Shown piece by piece: positions 1 through 12,481 of a stretch of DNA of 64,000 nucleotides. The notes beneath the pieces are model-generated. The model was not told the DNA's origin and ran no database searches. It was given only the letters and a program-made list of their open reading frames with translations. Source of the stretch: Octopus vulgaris (taxonomy: Eukaryota); the NCBI GenBank assembly GCA_951406725.2, contig OX597821.1:55986001-56050000 (forward strand), read 5' to 3'. Made by a program: the position numbers and the translations under genes. How positions within the stretch are numbered: the first letter of the stretch is position 1; every line of letters starts with the position of its first letter.

Positions 1-435
1 GTATATAAGCATATATACAGAAAGAATTTGTAGACAGTATTTGATAGGAGAAAGCGTTTAGTGCTTAGTCAAAATTTCATCAGAAATCATATTTAAAAAT
101 TTATACAGAATTTTAGGGGAATGACCAACTTTTTTTCTTCATCTCCAGTCTTGTATGTGTGTTTGGCAAGAATGGCTGCTATTTTTAGAAAAAATGCGGG
201 AGGTTGGTTGGTAGAGGAAGCATTCCCATGATCTGGTTTCGAATAGGAATCAAAAGGTTTTTTTTTTTTGCGGGGAGGGGTTCTGATTTAGTCTGTCATG
301 GCTCGGTGGTTTTTCGGACTGGTCTTAGAATTCGGTGTAAGTGTGTGTGTGTGTGCATATATATATATATATATGTGTGTGTGTATGTGTGTGTGTGTGT
401 GCGCGCGTGCGTGTGTGTGTGTATTTGCATTGAGA

Positions 436-677
436 ACCACTTCCCATCGCCAGCCAGTGGTTGTCACATGTTGATGACGGGTCAATACTCGGAAACTCGA
501 GTCCGTGTGTATATCACATCAGGTTAGAGATGGGAACGATGACTTCCATTTGTAAATAATGATAGGGCATAGAAAGTGTGTCAATAGCCAGCTGGAGGAG
601 ATGTCTTCCTGGGGCTACAAGCTACAGTAGCATCAACCCTTAAGGGTTAGCCACATTTAGGTGGCAAATATACTTCA
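436..677 (+). mobile_element. Non-coding HHR-bearing repeat, family 1, copy 1 (PLE pseudo-LTR or retrozyme-like)
   Basis: Aligns by eye over about 210-240 bp to the reverse complement of 20168-20404, e.g. atagccagctggaggagatgt...ttagccacatttaggtggcaaatatacttca. Confidence 0.7.
465..509 (+). ncRNA. Minimal type-I hammerhead ribozyme motif, family 1 (C3>U variant)
   Basis: Reads cacatg-TTGATGA-cgggt(caat)actcg-GAAA-c(tcga)g-TC-cgtgtg. Stem I is cacatg/cgtgtg, stem II is 5 bp, stem III is the palindrome ACTCGAGT, and the GUC cleavage triplet is at 501-503. A homologous copy lies at 20332-20376. Confidence 0.75.
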
Positions 678-867
678 AGAAAAAAATACCTAGTTGTGTA
701 TTAAAGCTACTATTGATTTCATGTTAAGAAAATACCTTAATATCTTAATTTCTTAACAATTTTCAAGCCGACCACATGGAGGAATGGTGTTCGTCTCTGT
801 TTTGGATTAAAACACGAAAGATCACGAGAATTCACAATACACTCTCGTAAATAAAACAAGAAATCAA

Positions 868-2620
868 AGGGCAACGAGATAAGGTATCGGCGGGGATATT
901 GTCATTACTAGCGAAGGGGAAAATGTCACTAGTGAACTGTGATATGTAGTCCAAATGCCTTGTTTCTCTATGCAACTACCGGTCTGTTTTGGCAAAGAGC
1001 GAACGTTAGCAGTTTGTGGTTGGTGAAAATCGTGAAATCTCTACCTTCGAGAAGATGAGAGAGATGCTTCACCGCCAGATAAATTGCTAAGAGTTCTTTA
1101 CAAAACACACTATATCTCGTTTCGGCATCTTTCAACTGGTGTGAGAAGAAGGCCAATGGCTGGCTTCAGCTGTTGACAGATTGCTCTAAAACGACAGCAA
1201 TGGCGGATGATAACGCGTCGACAGTGAGTGATAATTTTGCATCCGCAACAGGATGCTTGGACAAGGTCAGCTCTGACAGACTCAAAGCTTGGTTGGCTGT
1301 AGGAGACAACGTTATCTGGGAGTGTTTTTTTCCATTGATGTTTCAAAAGCAGGGTCAAAGGAAGCAACTTCTCCGCACAGTTAGGAATGAAACGACGATA
1401 ATAATTAATTAAACCAATAAAATTTCTGAGCTATTTTAATGAAACAGAAGACAAGCATTTGAGGGCTTCCACCTTAAAGGGAAGCGAACGAATACCTTCG
1501 ACGTCATGAGCTGCCCCAAGAATTCCAAGCCGGTAGAACCGAATACACACTTAGCTGGATTAATTTCTTCACATCATAGGGACGTAGGCGCATGAACAGT
1601 TGGGTTAAGTGTTGGAGGTGCTGGTCTGGAGTACCACTGGTGATAAGGTCATCGACGAATGCGAAGACAAAATCTAACCCACGAATGACCACATCAATGA
1701 ACCTTAGGAACGTACTGGCCGCGTTGCGAAGTCCAAACGGCATAGACAAAAATTCAAGCGCTCCAAAAGGCTTGATGACAGCTGTCTTTGGAATGTCGTC
1801 GGGGTAGGCAGGGATTTGGTGGTACGCGCGTACCACGTCGAATCTTGCAAAAAGAACCTTGCAGCCGTACAGGGCAGATGAAAAATCCTGCACAATTGGT
1901 AGGGGATATCGATCTGCGATAGTGACAGTGTTAAGACATCTAAAATCTCCAACCGGTCGGAAATCAGCTTCATTCTTCCTGGCCATGTGTAAAGATGCTG
2001 CCCACGTGATCGTGGAGGGACGAATAAGTCCCAACTGGAGCATGTGCTCGAATTCAGTCCGGGCGATCCGGAGTTCCTCTGGAGACAAACGGCGCGGTCG
2101 GGAAAAAAACTGGAGGTCCCTTAGTCGTAATGAAATGTCTCGTAGAATGGGCTGGATACGACGGATGAAATGACAAATCAGTCAACTCTGGAAATGAAGC
2201 GAGTAACTGGTGGTGAGTGTCACCCGAAGCAGCCACAAAGAAAGAAGGGCTCACAACATGAACAGAAGAATCCTTTCCAGGAAACGGCGCATGAGGTAGT
2301 GTCATCAATGAGTCGGCATCCTCTAACGTCCACAAAGAGAGAATAGTGATGTAAGACGTCAGCACTAAGAATGGGATAGGGCATGTCCGCAATACGAAGA
2401 TCCACTTGAAGTCCCTACGGAGTGATAAATCCAAGGCAAGAGAGATTTTTCTGTAGATTTTAATGGCGGAGTAATTCACCGTGTAGAGAGAGATGTGGGA
2501 AAGACCAGGATTTGTGGAAGTAAACCTTCGGGGCCAAATGCTTACGCTGACACCTATGCCTACCATAAAGGACTTTGAAGAAATTCTATCGCGGATTTAA
2601 AAAAAATGCATGGTATAGTG
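868..2620 (-). mobile_element. Degenerate Ty3/Gypsy LTR retrotransposon pol (protease-RT-RNase H)
   Basis: Protease-like FMVGIGVSVSIWP (DTG motif mutated). RT motifs DFRPVGDFRCLN, DRYPLP, AYHQIP, MPFGLRNAASTF and FAFVDD. RNase H motifs AFFSHQLKDAETRYSVFCKELLAIY, FTIFTNHK and RHLDYISQF..DNIPADTLSR. Multiple frameshifts and stops; no integrase or LTRs seen. Confidence 0.93.
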
Positions 2621-2686
2621 AATAGATGGGGGAAACGACTGTTGTGCCCAGCGCCTCCCCGCCTAATTCCCTTGACAAGAGTAAGA

Positions 2687-3540
2687 GCAGGGCTGTGTAC
2701 ACTTTTCGGCCTGGTCCTTTAATTTTCTATTGTACCAGCAAATTCATGCAAGAGCCGCGCGTCCGCGCGAGAAAGAGCGACGCCCGGTTCTCTCTGCAGA
2801 ATGATTTCATGAAAACGAACGGTCTGTGCACAAGCGTGCAACTTGACGGATCAGTTCACCAATGGCCCGCAAGATTTCGGAGGATTGCGTGTAGTCCGGA
2901 GCAAAAGAAGTACAAGCTCGCGAGGAAGACGACGAAGCGAATTGAGGCAAAGGAAAGGGACTCATCTTTAGACGATAATAGGAACGGAACGCCACGAAGA
3001 ATGTGCTGGTTGAAAGAAACGCCGTTAGAAATAGAAGTTCTTGCTAACGGATGAAGAACAAAACATGGCCAAACACATGGATGATCCGTGTTTGGCACAT
3101 AGGAAAAGTCTGGCACATAGGAAAAGTTGTTATCCATGTGAATTCCAGATAAAATTCCGGATAAAATTTCCTTCCTTTTTACATGCAAATAGAAAATTCT
3201 CTCGGGAAGGACCAAGTTGTAAATTCAGTTACAACACAAGGAAAAAATGATGTGCAGTTTCCCGCTTGTAAATGGCGCCAAAAGGTTTTGGTGAAGAAGA
3301 CAATATGGTGACGAGAGAGGCAATAGATGTATCTTTCTATTCGAAGGATGGCGGTTTGGTCGCGTAGATGAAGTCGTGAAGGAGAAAAAGGAATACGTTT
3401 CCACTGGTCAGAAATTCGTCACTATTTTGGAAGGAATTGTGGTGTGTGCTATACGTCGGCTCAGCATTTTAGATCGTGGTTAAATCAAGTTGTGGAGCCA
3501 TTTAAGATGACTCTGTTCAGAAGGGTATAATATCATTTGA
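2687..3540 (+). mobile_element. Possible highly decayed hAT-type DNA transposon 5' portion
   Basis: Starts CAGGGCTGTGTACACTTTTCGGCC, resembling a hAT CAGGG-type TIR, and is followed by purine-rich coding-like remnants. No second TIR or catalytic motif was confirmed. Confidence 0.25.
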
Positions 3541-3929
3541 TAGGAACACGATACAAATAATTCATGGAACAAGGCTGTAACTTTAAATACGTTTAATGTC
3601 GGCCCCAAATATATATACAAGCTGAATGGCAATGGAAATAGTTGGATGTGTGGAAGCCATGTTCTTCTGTTTATTACCTCATGTCTTCTAGCTGGTACGT
3701 GTTGTGTGAGGTGGTTAAGTCATATCTTTGCTCTCTGGCGTCCAGATGCAAAAGAGAAAGTCGCAAGGCCTTGTGTCTTGGACCTTGGTGTCCCGAGCTT
3801 GTTTAAACACCCTGCTACCAAAGGAGATAACTGCGCCTACACTATAAACCGGCCTTCACCAGTAATTAATATATATATATATATGTATAAAAATTATATA
3901 TATATATATATGTATAAAAATTATATATA

Positions 3930-4215
3930 AAAATACAAAATGGGACAAGAACGCAAAACACACAAAGAGACGATACAAAAAGCGGACGGGTCATTCGAAG
4001 CCTCTAATCTTCAGTCAGGAACCGGATCATCCTCGCAATTTCGGCTGATTAATCCTGAGATCGCTCCGATCCAGCCAGGCCCAAGGAAAAACTAAGCTAC
4101 GAGCATTAGATTTCTTGGAAAAAGGATCGAATGTACACGAAACAAGGACAGAAAAACGGACGATGCTACACGAATATAAAAACAAAAAACAATAATAGTA
4201 ATAACAGGACAAAAA
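3930..4215. repeat. Unclassified interspersed repeat next to (TA)n; partial second copy at 20567-20686
   Basis: aaatacaaaatgggacaagaacgcaaaaca...ggacgggtcattcgaagcctctaatcttcagtca(g/a)gaaccggatcatcctcgcaatttcggctgat is present at both loci, each directly after a TA array. Confidence 0.75.
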
Positions 4216-5760
4216 CAGCAACACACACACACACATATATATATAATGTATGTATGCGTGTATACGTGTTTTTGTTTGCGTCTGTGTGAGTATGCAGTAT
4301 GCGTGTGTGTGCGTACCGGTATAGACCACATCATACAGACACCCCATACACAAACATACTCACGCATGGACACACGCGCCCATGCACACATGCGCGCATA
4401 CACACACACACACACACACACCTGCATATGCCCACACAGGCACACACTTAAATGTCAGACATCGATGGTTGAAGCAAAATCCTCTTAGGTTTCCTACTAT
4501 TTTTATCTCTCCAATTGCATATACTAACGCACTAGCTTTTCTTTTCTAATTTCCATATTACATTGCTGGAGTTATTTAAAACGTTTATAAAAAGTGAGTG
4601 TCAGACAAAACAAATAATTTCAACGCTGATATTACTGTCAACGCTGATAGCACTAACTCAGAGCAGATCAGATAATACTAGAATAACCATATAATTTATC
4701 AGATGTAATGTTATGCTTCTAGAAAATTCCATAAGAACCTCGTTATAAGTAGATCAGATTTATTTGGGTAGGAAGAATTTTACATCACACAATTTTATAG
4801 TTTGGATGATTTTAACAATAAGATTTTTTTCTCTCCGCTATTTTTATCCCTGTGTGATAATCGGCCAGTAACTTTGCGTAGGTAAACAGTTTATTTATTT
4901 ATATACATTTTTTTTTAGATCAGCGGTTGCCTGGGCAACAAGTTTTTCCTCTCTACGTCATTAATGTTATACACAGGGAAGGTAAAAGCCGAAAGAACTT
5001 GGCACAAGTGTCATTCCTATCGTTGGCATTAGATCATTAGTGTCAAAACGCACAGATAGCTCAAGACATCTCGTTCCATCATATCTTCATGGATTGGTAT
5101 TTTATTTTTCCATTCTGAAAGAACGATTAGTAAAGTTGACCTCAGTTTGGTTTGAACTCAGAGCATAGAAACTAGGAACAAATACAGCAAGGCTTTCTAT
5201 CCGGCATTCTTACCTTCGTGCATATATAATTTGGTGCCTTATCTTCATTCGATGTTTACGATGACTCGAATGATAAATGAATGGATTTTCAACGTAAATC
5301 CCAATAACAACAAAGCTATATTTTATAATGGACATGACATGTGAACTTCATTAAATTAACTCTAGTAGTATTGGTTCTTATTTATCAAACCTGGATGAGG
5401 CAAAAGAGAAGTTGAAACAAGCAGCATTTGAAATCAGAAACAAAGAGAACATTGTATTATAGAACATAAAGTCTGAACCTCATCTAAATCACTGCAAGTA
5501 GTCAACTGCCCACGTACACAATCATTCTTTTACTATTCTTTTGCTGGTTTCGGTCTTTGCACTGTGACTACGCTGGAACACCGCTCCAAGGGTTTGAGTT
5601 GATTATATCGATGCAGAATAGTTGACTGCTAAACACTCAACTTCTGTTTATTGGAAAGCTAAGTCTACCTTTGATATAACTCAATGCATAAATACTCCGC
5701 GGTATTTTTATTCGAACACATCGATAGCTATATGTCTGCTTATACACACACGCACGCACG

Positions 5761-5838
<78 letters not shown>

Positions 5839-5891
5839 GGCGCAGGAGCGGCTGTGTGGTAAGAAGCTTGTTTCCGCGCATGCACCGGGTT
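5839..5891 (+). mobile_element. tRNA-derived SINE family A, 5' head only
   Basis: ggcgcaggagcggctgtgtggtaagaagcttg matches the heads at 29834, 50816 and 53143. The sequence diverges after ccgggtt. Confidence 0.7.
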
Positions 5892-6039
5892 GTTTGCCAT
5901 CTGGATTTTGTAAGAGTCGGACGTAGTTTTTTGTGTTGCTTGGAAGATGTGCTCACACCTTAACAAATCTGGGTTATCGTCGTCGTCGGAGCTGGTAAGG
6001 ACGGTTATAAAGACGGACGGAGTGTTGAAGACAAGGAGT

Positions 6040-8270
6040 TTGCTGAAGCCACGGAGGTGAAGCGAAGGGAGCTGGACTTGGGTGGTCTGATGGAATACGA
6101 GAAGATGGCTCAGAAGGTGGGTGGCGATGTGAAGTTGTCGCTCTCCAAAGGAATTATGGAAAGGATGGAGAAGGAAACGATCACCTATAAGGTGTACTCA
6201 CTGAAGGGAAAAAAAGCAGGGCAGGTGGAGGCAGAAGTGGAAAAGGCGCTGAGGGAACGTTCAAAGGAGATAATGTACATAACCGAAGGAAGAAAATATG
6301 GGACAATGGTCATCCAATTTAGGACAGTAGAGGAAGTTGGCGAGTGTGGCAGTGAAAACAGAGGTAGTAATGCTTCTGCCCACATGCCTTGGAAGAAAGA
6401 CTTCCAAAGGAAAAGTACCATCTCCTTTGTCTTCAAGGGACACGCGGAATCCCGTGGGCCACCTCTTCACTAGAAAAACGGACCTCAACTGTACCGTATG
6501 CCCACCCCTTGCAATATATGCTACGTCTTTCCATATCAGGGACAGGCATTTTTCAGTTTTCTCGTTCTCGAAGTGTTTTAACCTTCTGTTTTGTGGACAG
6601 AAGGATTTAAACACTATGGTCTGTTTTTCTGTGTCGACCATACTGGAGGAGGGTGATATTTTAACGTCACTGCCCTCCTCTTTCATTCTTTTAAATAAAC
6701 CTACAAGCAGTTGTAGGAAAGACACCCGACGGCCATCGGAAGAATGGGGAACCTTCTGAAGTATTTGGAGAAAGAGGAGAAGGAAGGAGCAGCCTCACGT
6801 GTGGTGAGGTCAACCCCAACGTCGCCCCTGAAGGGTAAGTAGAACCTCTACTTTTTGATTTGTGACTGCACTTAAACTTGGTTGTCTGAATGTGCGTGGT
6901 CTGAGTTCGAAGTGGAAGCAAACTTGTGTCCTCGACGACGTCAGATCACACGATATACATGTGATGGTTACTACAGAGACCATGCTGAACAGTCTACATC
7001 CTTCTCGCCCCTCCCAAATGGCTATGAGAAAATCATGTCCCCTGGCGGATCGGAGGACGAGGAGGTGTAGTGGTACTGATCCGTAAAGGCTCGGCTCTGT
7101 AGACAAGCATAGTCTATGTGGACCCAGAAGGTGGGCTGGTCGTCCTTGATGTGACATACAGCAGTAAGGCCTTCAGGTTGATCGAACTCTATGCACCTTG
7201 TGCTAGAGGATTCTAAACTGATTTTTATCAGCGCCTGGAGAACGTCTAGGTGACGTCGAAGACATTAGTGCTGTTAGGTGACTTTAACGCTATTGTTGGC
7301 TCGACCGGAAGGAAAGTGAACTCATGTCTCGCGGATCTGCTTAAGCGCTTTCAGCTGGCAGATCGTCACAAGCTTAACTATCTGGACGTCCTAGAGTGGA
7401 CCTGAATTAGTGGCGACGAAAAACTCAAGTTTTACTTAGATAGGATTGTGATAAGAACTAAAGATAAGACTAGTTTTAGCTGTCGACGGATTGTCAAAGT
7501 AGTCTACACTGACCATAGAATGGTTAAGTCTAAACTGGATATAGTACAGTTAAGAGAGGACTCAGCTACTGGAAGCTTAACAAGTCTATTTTGACTTGCG
7601 AGGCATACCGTAGCCGGATTAAGGAGTTAGTACAGAGGGCGTTAACCGGCGCCGTGGTTAATAACCTGTGGTGGTTCGCCCTCAAGAGAGCCATTCGATT
7701 TGAGTCCATTAGGTTTAGTCAACAGCTAAGAGTAGATAAGGCCAGAATAGAAGGGCAACTAAACAAGGACTTAAAAGAGGTGTTGAGGTTGGGCTCTGCA
7801 TCTCACATTTTGGCAGCGAGGACGGCATTGGACCGCAAAGCCAAACATGAGGGGTGTAGAGTTCGGGCTAAAGTGCGAGCATTGGCCCATGAGGGAATTA
7901 ATGTTGCCGGATGGGCCCGTATGGTAGAAACTCAGCGTGGCAACAATGCCACAGTTAGGTCTTTTGTCAACGAAAACGGACGTTCGGTCGAAGGACGGGA
8001 CGAGATGTGTGAGGCGCTTTACAAGCACTTTGCCGAGTTGTTCGGGAGGGCGAGACGCTGGATCATGGTGAGACCCTTAGGGACTTCCTGTCTGGTGGCC
8101 CACGTCTCTCGGCACGAGAGGCTGAGTGCTGTGAAGGGACAATCACAACCGAGGAGGTAATCGAGGTGCTGGGTGAGTGCCTGGGGGAGAAGTCACCGAG
8201 TCTGCCCTATGAATTCTATAAAAGTATGCCAGACTTGTTCGGGCACCTACTGACCAGCGTTTACGCCAAC
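6040..8270 (+). mobile_element. Degenerate L1/Tx1-type LINE (ORF1 remnant, APE endonuclease, start of RT region)
   Basis: APE motifs LGCLNVRGL..K, VMVTTET, GVVVLIRK, LIELYAP, LLGDFNA, YLDRI, TDHRMV and YWKLNKSIL. A linker ORF follows at 7591-8160, then ITTEEV..GEKSP..LPYEFYK, typical of L1/Tx1 ORF2. The putative ORF1 fragment is at 6057-6400. Confidence 0.85.
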
Positions 8271-8367
8271 GCAATGACTTATTCAAAATTTAAATTTTTT
8301 ATTTCATATTTCATCTATTCATTTTTTCATCCGTAATGCCTGTATGGCAAATCTATATATATCTGAC

Positions 8368-9263
8368 TTTTGTCTCTTTTTATAGTATTATTGAGTGTGT
8401 AGGAGTGGGGAGAGATATAAGATAATACAAGGGGGTGAGGAATGGGGAGAATGTGAGAAGGAGAGAGCGTGTGTGTGTGTGTGTGGTATAAATTGTGCGT
8501 GTTTGAGGTATAAATTGTCAATACAATTATTTCTTCATCTTCTCTTTCTTCCCTTCTCCACCGACACTCCTTTCAGATACACAGACACCCACACACACAC
8601 GTGCGCGCGTGTACACACACACACACACACTCACAAAACAATGATAAAAAGAAATTCAGACAATTTTTGGAGAAGTGACATTTTGTTCCCCCCCTTGAAG
8701 TGGCCAGCTGGGTTTGCCATTTCTAAAAGCCAAAAATCATTTACTATTGAAAGACTGACCAGCTGCAAAGATATCAACAAATTTTTCTTCTTTTTCTCCT
8801 CCTCCTTCTTTTTATTTCCTTTTCCATTTGACACCTGTTTCAGATACACAGACACCCACACACAAGTGCGCACATACACACACTCTCTCTCTCACACACA
8901 CACACACAAGACAATGACAAAAAGAAATCCAGACAATTTCTTGAAAAGAGACATTTTGCCCCACTTGGAGTGACCAGCTGGGTTTGCCATTTCCAAAAAA
9001 CAAGAATCATTTACTATTGAAAGACTGACCAGCTGCAAAGATATCAACAAATTTTTTCTTCTTTCTCTCCTTCTTCTTCCTTTTCTTCTCTTTTTCTTTA
9101 ACACCTCTTTCAGATACAAACATACACACACACACACACACACATACACACACACACACACGCTCCCTCTCTCACTTTCTTCCTATTCCTCCTCACCCTC
9201 TTGTACTATCTTATATTTCTCCCCACCCCTACACACTTAATAATACTATAAAAAGAGACAAAA
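8368..9263. repeat. Fold-back element: ~110 bp inverted arms enclosing ~2.3 tandem copies of a ~270 bp unit
   Basis: 8368-8484 (ttttgtctctttttatagtattattgagtgtgtaggagtggggagagatataag) is the reverse complement of ~9145-9263. Internal tandem units start near 8564, 8830 and 9101 and share aatcatttactattgaaagactgaccagctgcaaagatatcaacaaatttt. Confidence 0.8.
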
Positions 9264-9444
9264 TTCCTGCAAAAGTTCAATTTGGCAACTGCACTAGAGT
9301 GGGCGAAAGAGCTTATATATGATATATGATTTATAAAAACATGTAACATACCAATAAATATCTGTAAATATAAAACAATCTGGATTTCTGAGTACCTCAT
9401 TTCTTCTAAGATATAATACCTGTACATAATCCTCAAACCTTCCA

Positions 9445-9445
9445 A

Positions 9446-9528
<83 letters not shown>

Positions 9529-9557
9529 ACACACATACACACACATACACACACACA

Positions 9558-9596
<39 letters not shown>

Positions 9597-9630
9597 ACAC
9601 ACACACACATATATATATACATACACACAC
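9445..9630. repeat. (CA)n microsatellite
   Basis: Direct reading; followed by a SINE A 3' fragment at 9675-9765. Confidence 0.95.
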
Positions 9631-10294
9631 GTATTTGTGTGTTTACATCCACCCCACCCCACCACCACCACCACCACCACCTTCGCTTGACAACCGATGT
9701 TGGTGTGTTTACGTCCTCGTAAATTAGCGCTTCGGCAAAAGAGACTAATAGAATAAACCAGTAGCCTGGTTTATTTTCCACGATCAGGCAGAGAGCTATT
9801 ATAATTCAAAGGTGAAAAAGAGTAGATGGACTCTTGTAAGGATCATGTGTTTCCACATGTAAAAACGAATTAGATATAACTTGGAATTAAAAGCAAATCA
9901 CAGTGTCAAGTGGCTCGGAACCAATCTGTTATTATATCTCATTCACCACATGTCGCGTTATTATATAATAGTCAGTCAATCAAAATAGAGAAGTGAAGAT
10001 GACTAATGGTTAGTTGATGTTCCAAGCAGCAGGAAATATGTGGTTTAATTTCGATATGAGTCTAGAAAAATGAAAATAAATAACTGAGTTAGAGATAATT
10101 ATAACAACAGAAGATTTAACTGAATGATTTACTATTTTGTGTCGACAGTCTGAAAGTTTAGCCTTTCCTTATCGCAGCTGCACTATTCAGATAATTAATA
10201 CCAGCAAAGTAGAGAATTTTGATTCAGTTGATTATAATCGTTACTCACATCATTTTATACCAAGTGTAATATATTCTGCAATATATTATTTTCT

Positions 10295-11275
10295 ACACGA
10301 GGCGCAAGGTCCGAAATTTTGGGGGAGAGGGACCTGTCGTTTAGATCGACCTAGTACGCAACTGGTACTTAATTTATCGATCCCGAAAGGATGAAAGGCA
10401 AAGTCGACCTCGGCGGAATTTGAATGTAAAGACAGACGAAATACCTATTTCTTTACTACAACAAGGGTCTAAACACAAAATGGACAAAGAAGGTCAGACA
10501 AAGGGTTTAAGTCGATTATATCGACCCCAGTGCGTAGCTGGTACTTAATTTATCAATCCCGAAAGGATGAAAGGCAAAGTCGACCTCGCGGAATTTTAAC
10601 TCAGAACGTAGCGGCAGACGAAATACCGCTGAGCATCTCGCCCGGCGTGCTAACGATTCTTATTTTTTTATTGCCCACAAGGGGCTAGACATAGAGGGTA
10701 CAAACAAGGTCAGACAAAGAGGTTAAGTCGATTAGATCGACCCCAGTGCACAACTGGTACTTAATTTATCGATCCCGAAAGGATGAAAGGCAAAGTCAAG
10801 CTCGGCGGAATTTGAACGTAAAGACAGACGAAATACCTATTTCTCTACTATCCACAAGGGGCTAAACACAGAGAGGACAAACAAGGACAGACAAACGGAT
10901 TAAGTCGATTATATCGACCCCAGTGCGTAGCTGGTACTTATTTAATCGACCCCGAAAGGATGAAAGGCAAAGTCGACCTTGGAGGAATTTGAACTCAGAA
11001 CGTAGCGGCAGATGAAATACCGCTAAGCATCTCGCCCGGCGTGCTAACGATTCCTATTTCTTTATTGCCCACAAGGGGCTAAACATAGAAGGGACAAACA
11101 AGGACAGACAAAGGGATTAAGTCGATTACATCGTCCCCAGTGCGTAACTGGTACTTATTTAATCGACCCCGAAAGGATGAAAGGCAAAGTCGACCTCGGC
11201 GGAATTTGAACTCAGAACGTAACAGCAGACGAGATACCGCAAAGCATTTCGCCCGGCGTGCTAACGATTCTGTCA
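10295..11275 (-). mobile_element. Tandem array of tRNA-derived SINE family B (5 core copies)
   Basis: The core cccgaaaggatgaaaggcaaagtc starts at 10382, 10558, 10774, 10951 and 11168. A B-box-like gttctgagttcaaattcc is on the minus strand. Confidence 0.9.
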
Positions 11276-11370
11276 GGCCTTATATTCTGCAATATATTAA
11301 ACTATGATTTTTAACAAAGTGAACGTAAGAGTATTCACTCATAATTCTTTCTTTTTTTAAATAAAAGACA

Positions 11371-11392
11371 CACCACCACCACCACCACCACC

Positions 11393-11472
<80 letters not shown>
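11371..11472. repeat. (CAC)n(CAT)n compound microsatellite
   Basis: Direct reading. Confidence 0.95.
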
Positions 11473-11856
11473 GATGTTACTACCATTATGAGCAAGATCA
11501 ACGTTGTTGTTAGCATCATTATCTTTCCAGCCTGCGATTCAACAACCATCATTACCAACCACTGACACAGTCATTAGCATCATGACAACCGTTTTCATTG
11601 TCGTCATTTTGTTCATCATCATCATCATCGTCGTCGTCGTCGTGGTGATCTGGATGGAACCTTCTTCCCTGCGTTATCCCAACATTACTAACAAACTAAC
11701 CGCAGCATGACAAGTATGACAAGACTGCAACATGATCCTGGACCAGTCTGGTGGAATACGATGTTGTTATCCACCGTGTTGTAATCTGCTGTGTGTTACC
11801 CCCAGGTGATTGGTAAGCTACACTTGTGTTGACTAGATTTATTCAACTGCTTCATG

Positions 11857-11888
<32 letters not shown>

Positions 11889-12481
11889 CCATCTTCACCG
11901 CCGCTACCGCCACAACAAATCACACAAACCATTACTATCATTAACCATGTGTAATATGAACATCTTTATCGCTGCAGCCATGATATCATCCGCTGCTTTC
12001 TCTTCCTCCTCCGCCTGCTCCTCTCCCGCGTCCTCCTCATCCACCTCCTCCTCCTCCTCCTCCTCATCATCATCATCATCATCATCATCATTATTACCAT
12101 CTTAAAATTTATATAAAAAAACAATATCTCTGAAATAAATCATCTTATCACCCTCTCAATATCAACGATATCATCATCGTTAACTTTATTACCTTACCAC
12201 GTGCTTGCGAAGGAACACTATATTGCGATTTCTTGGTCTGCTGAAAATAGCAACAAATTTATTTCTAGTTACACCCTACCCTCTTAAATAAAGCATAAAA
12301 AATAGACCTGGACATACAAAGTATAAAAAAAAGAACGTCAATGGTTATGAACAGAATAATTTTAGGTCAGCTTCATCGGGTTCTTATCTAGGTAGACTAA
12401 ACAACAAACAGCAACATTATTATCATTGTCCACCCGCATCAACATCACCATCTTCATCATCAGCAAATTATTATTATTATT

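Noticed and set aside
204-527. ORFs rich in [12 protein letters not shown], here and throughout the window
   Set aside because: They are translations of stop-free dinucleotide and tetranucleotide microsatellites.
3985-4020. Minus-strand CTGAAGA...GAAT as a hammerhead
   Set aside because: GAAT instead of GAAA in both copies, and no stem II pairing.
10295-11275. Regularly spaced repeats resembling a CRISPR array
   Set aside because: The intervening sequences are also repeated, the units are SINE-derived, the context is eukaryotic and there are no cas genes.
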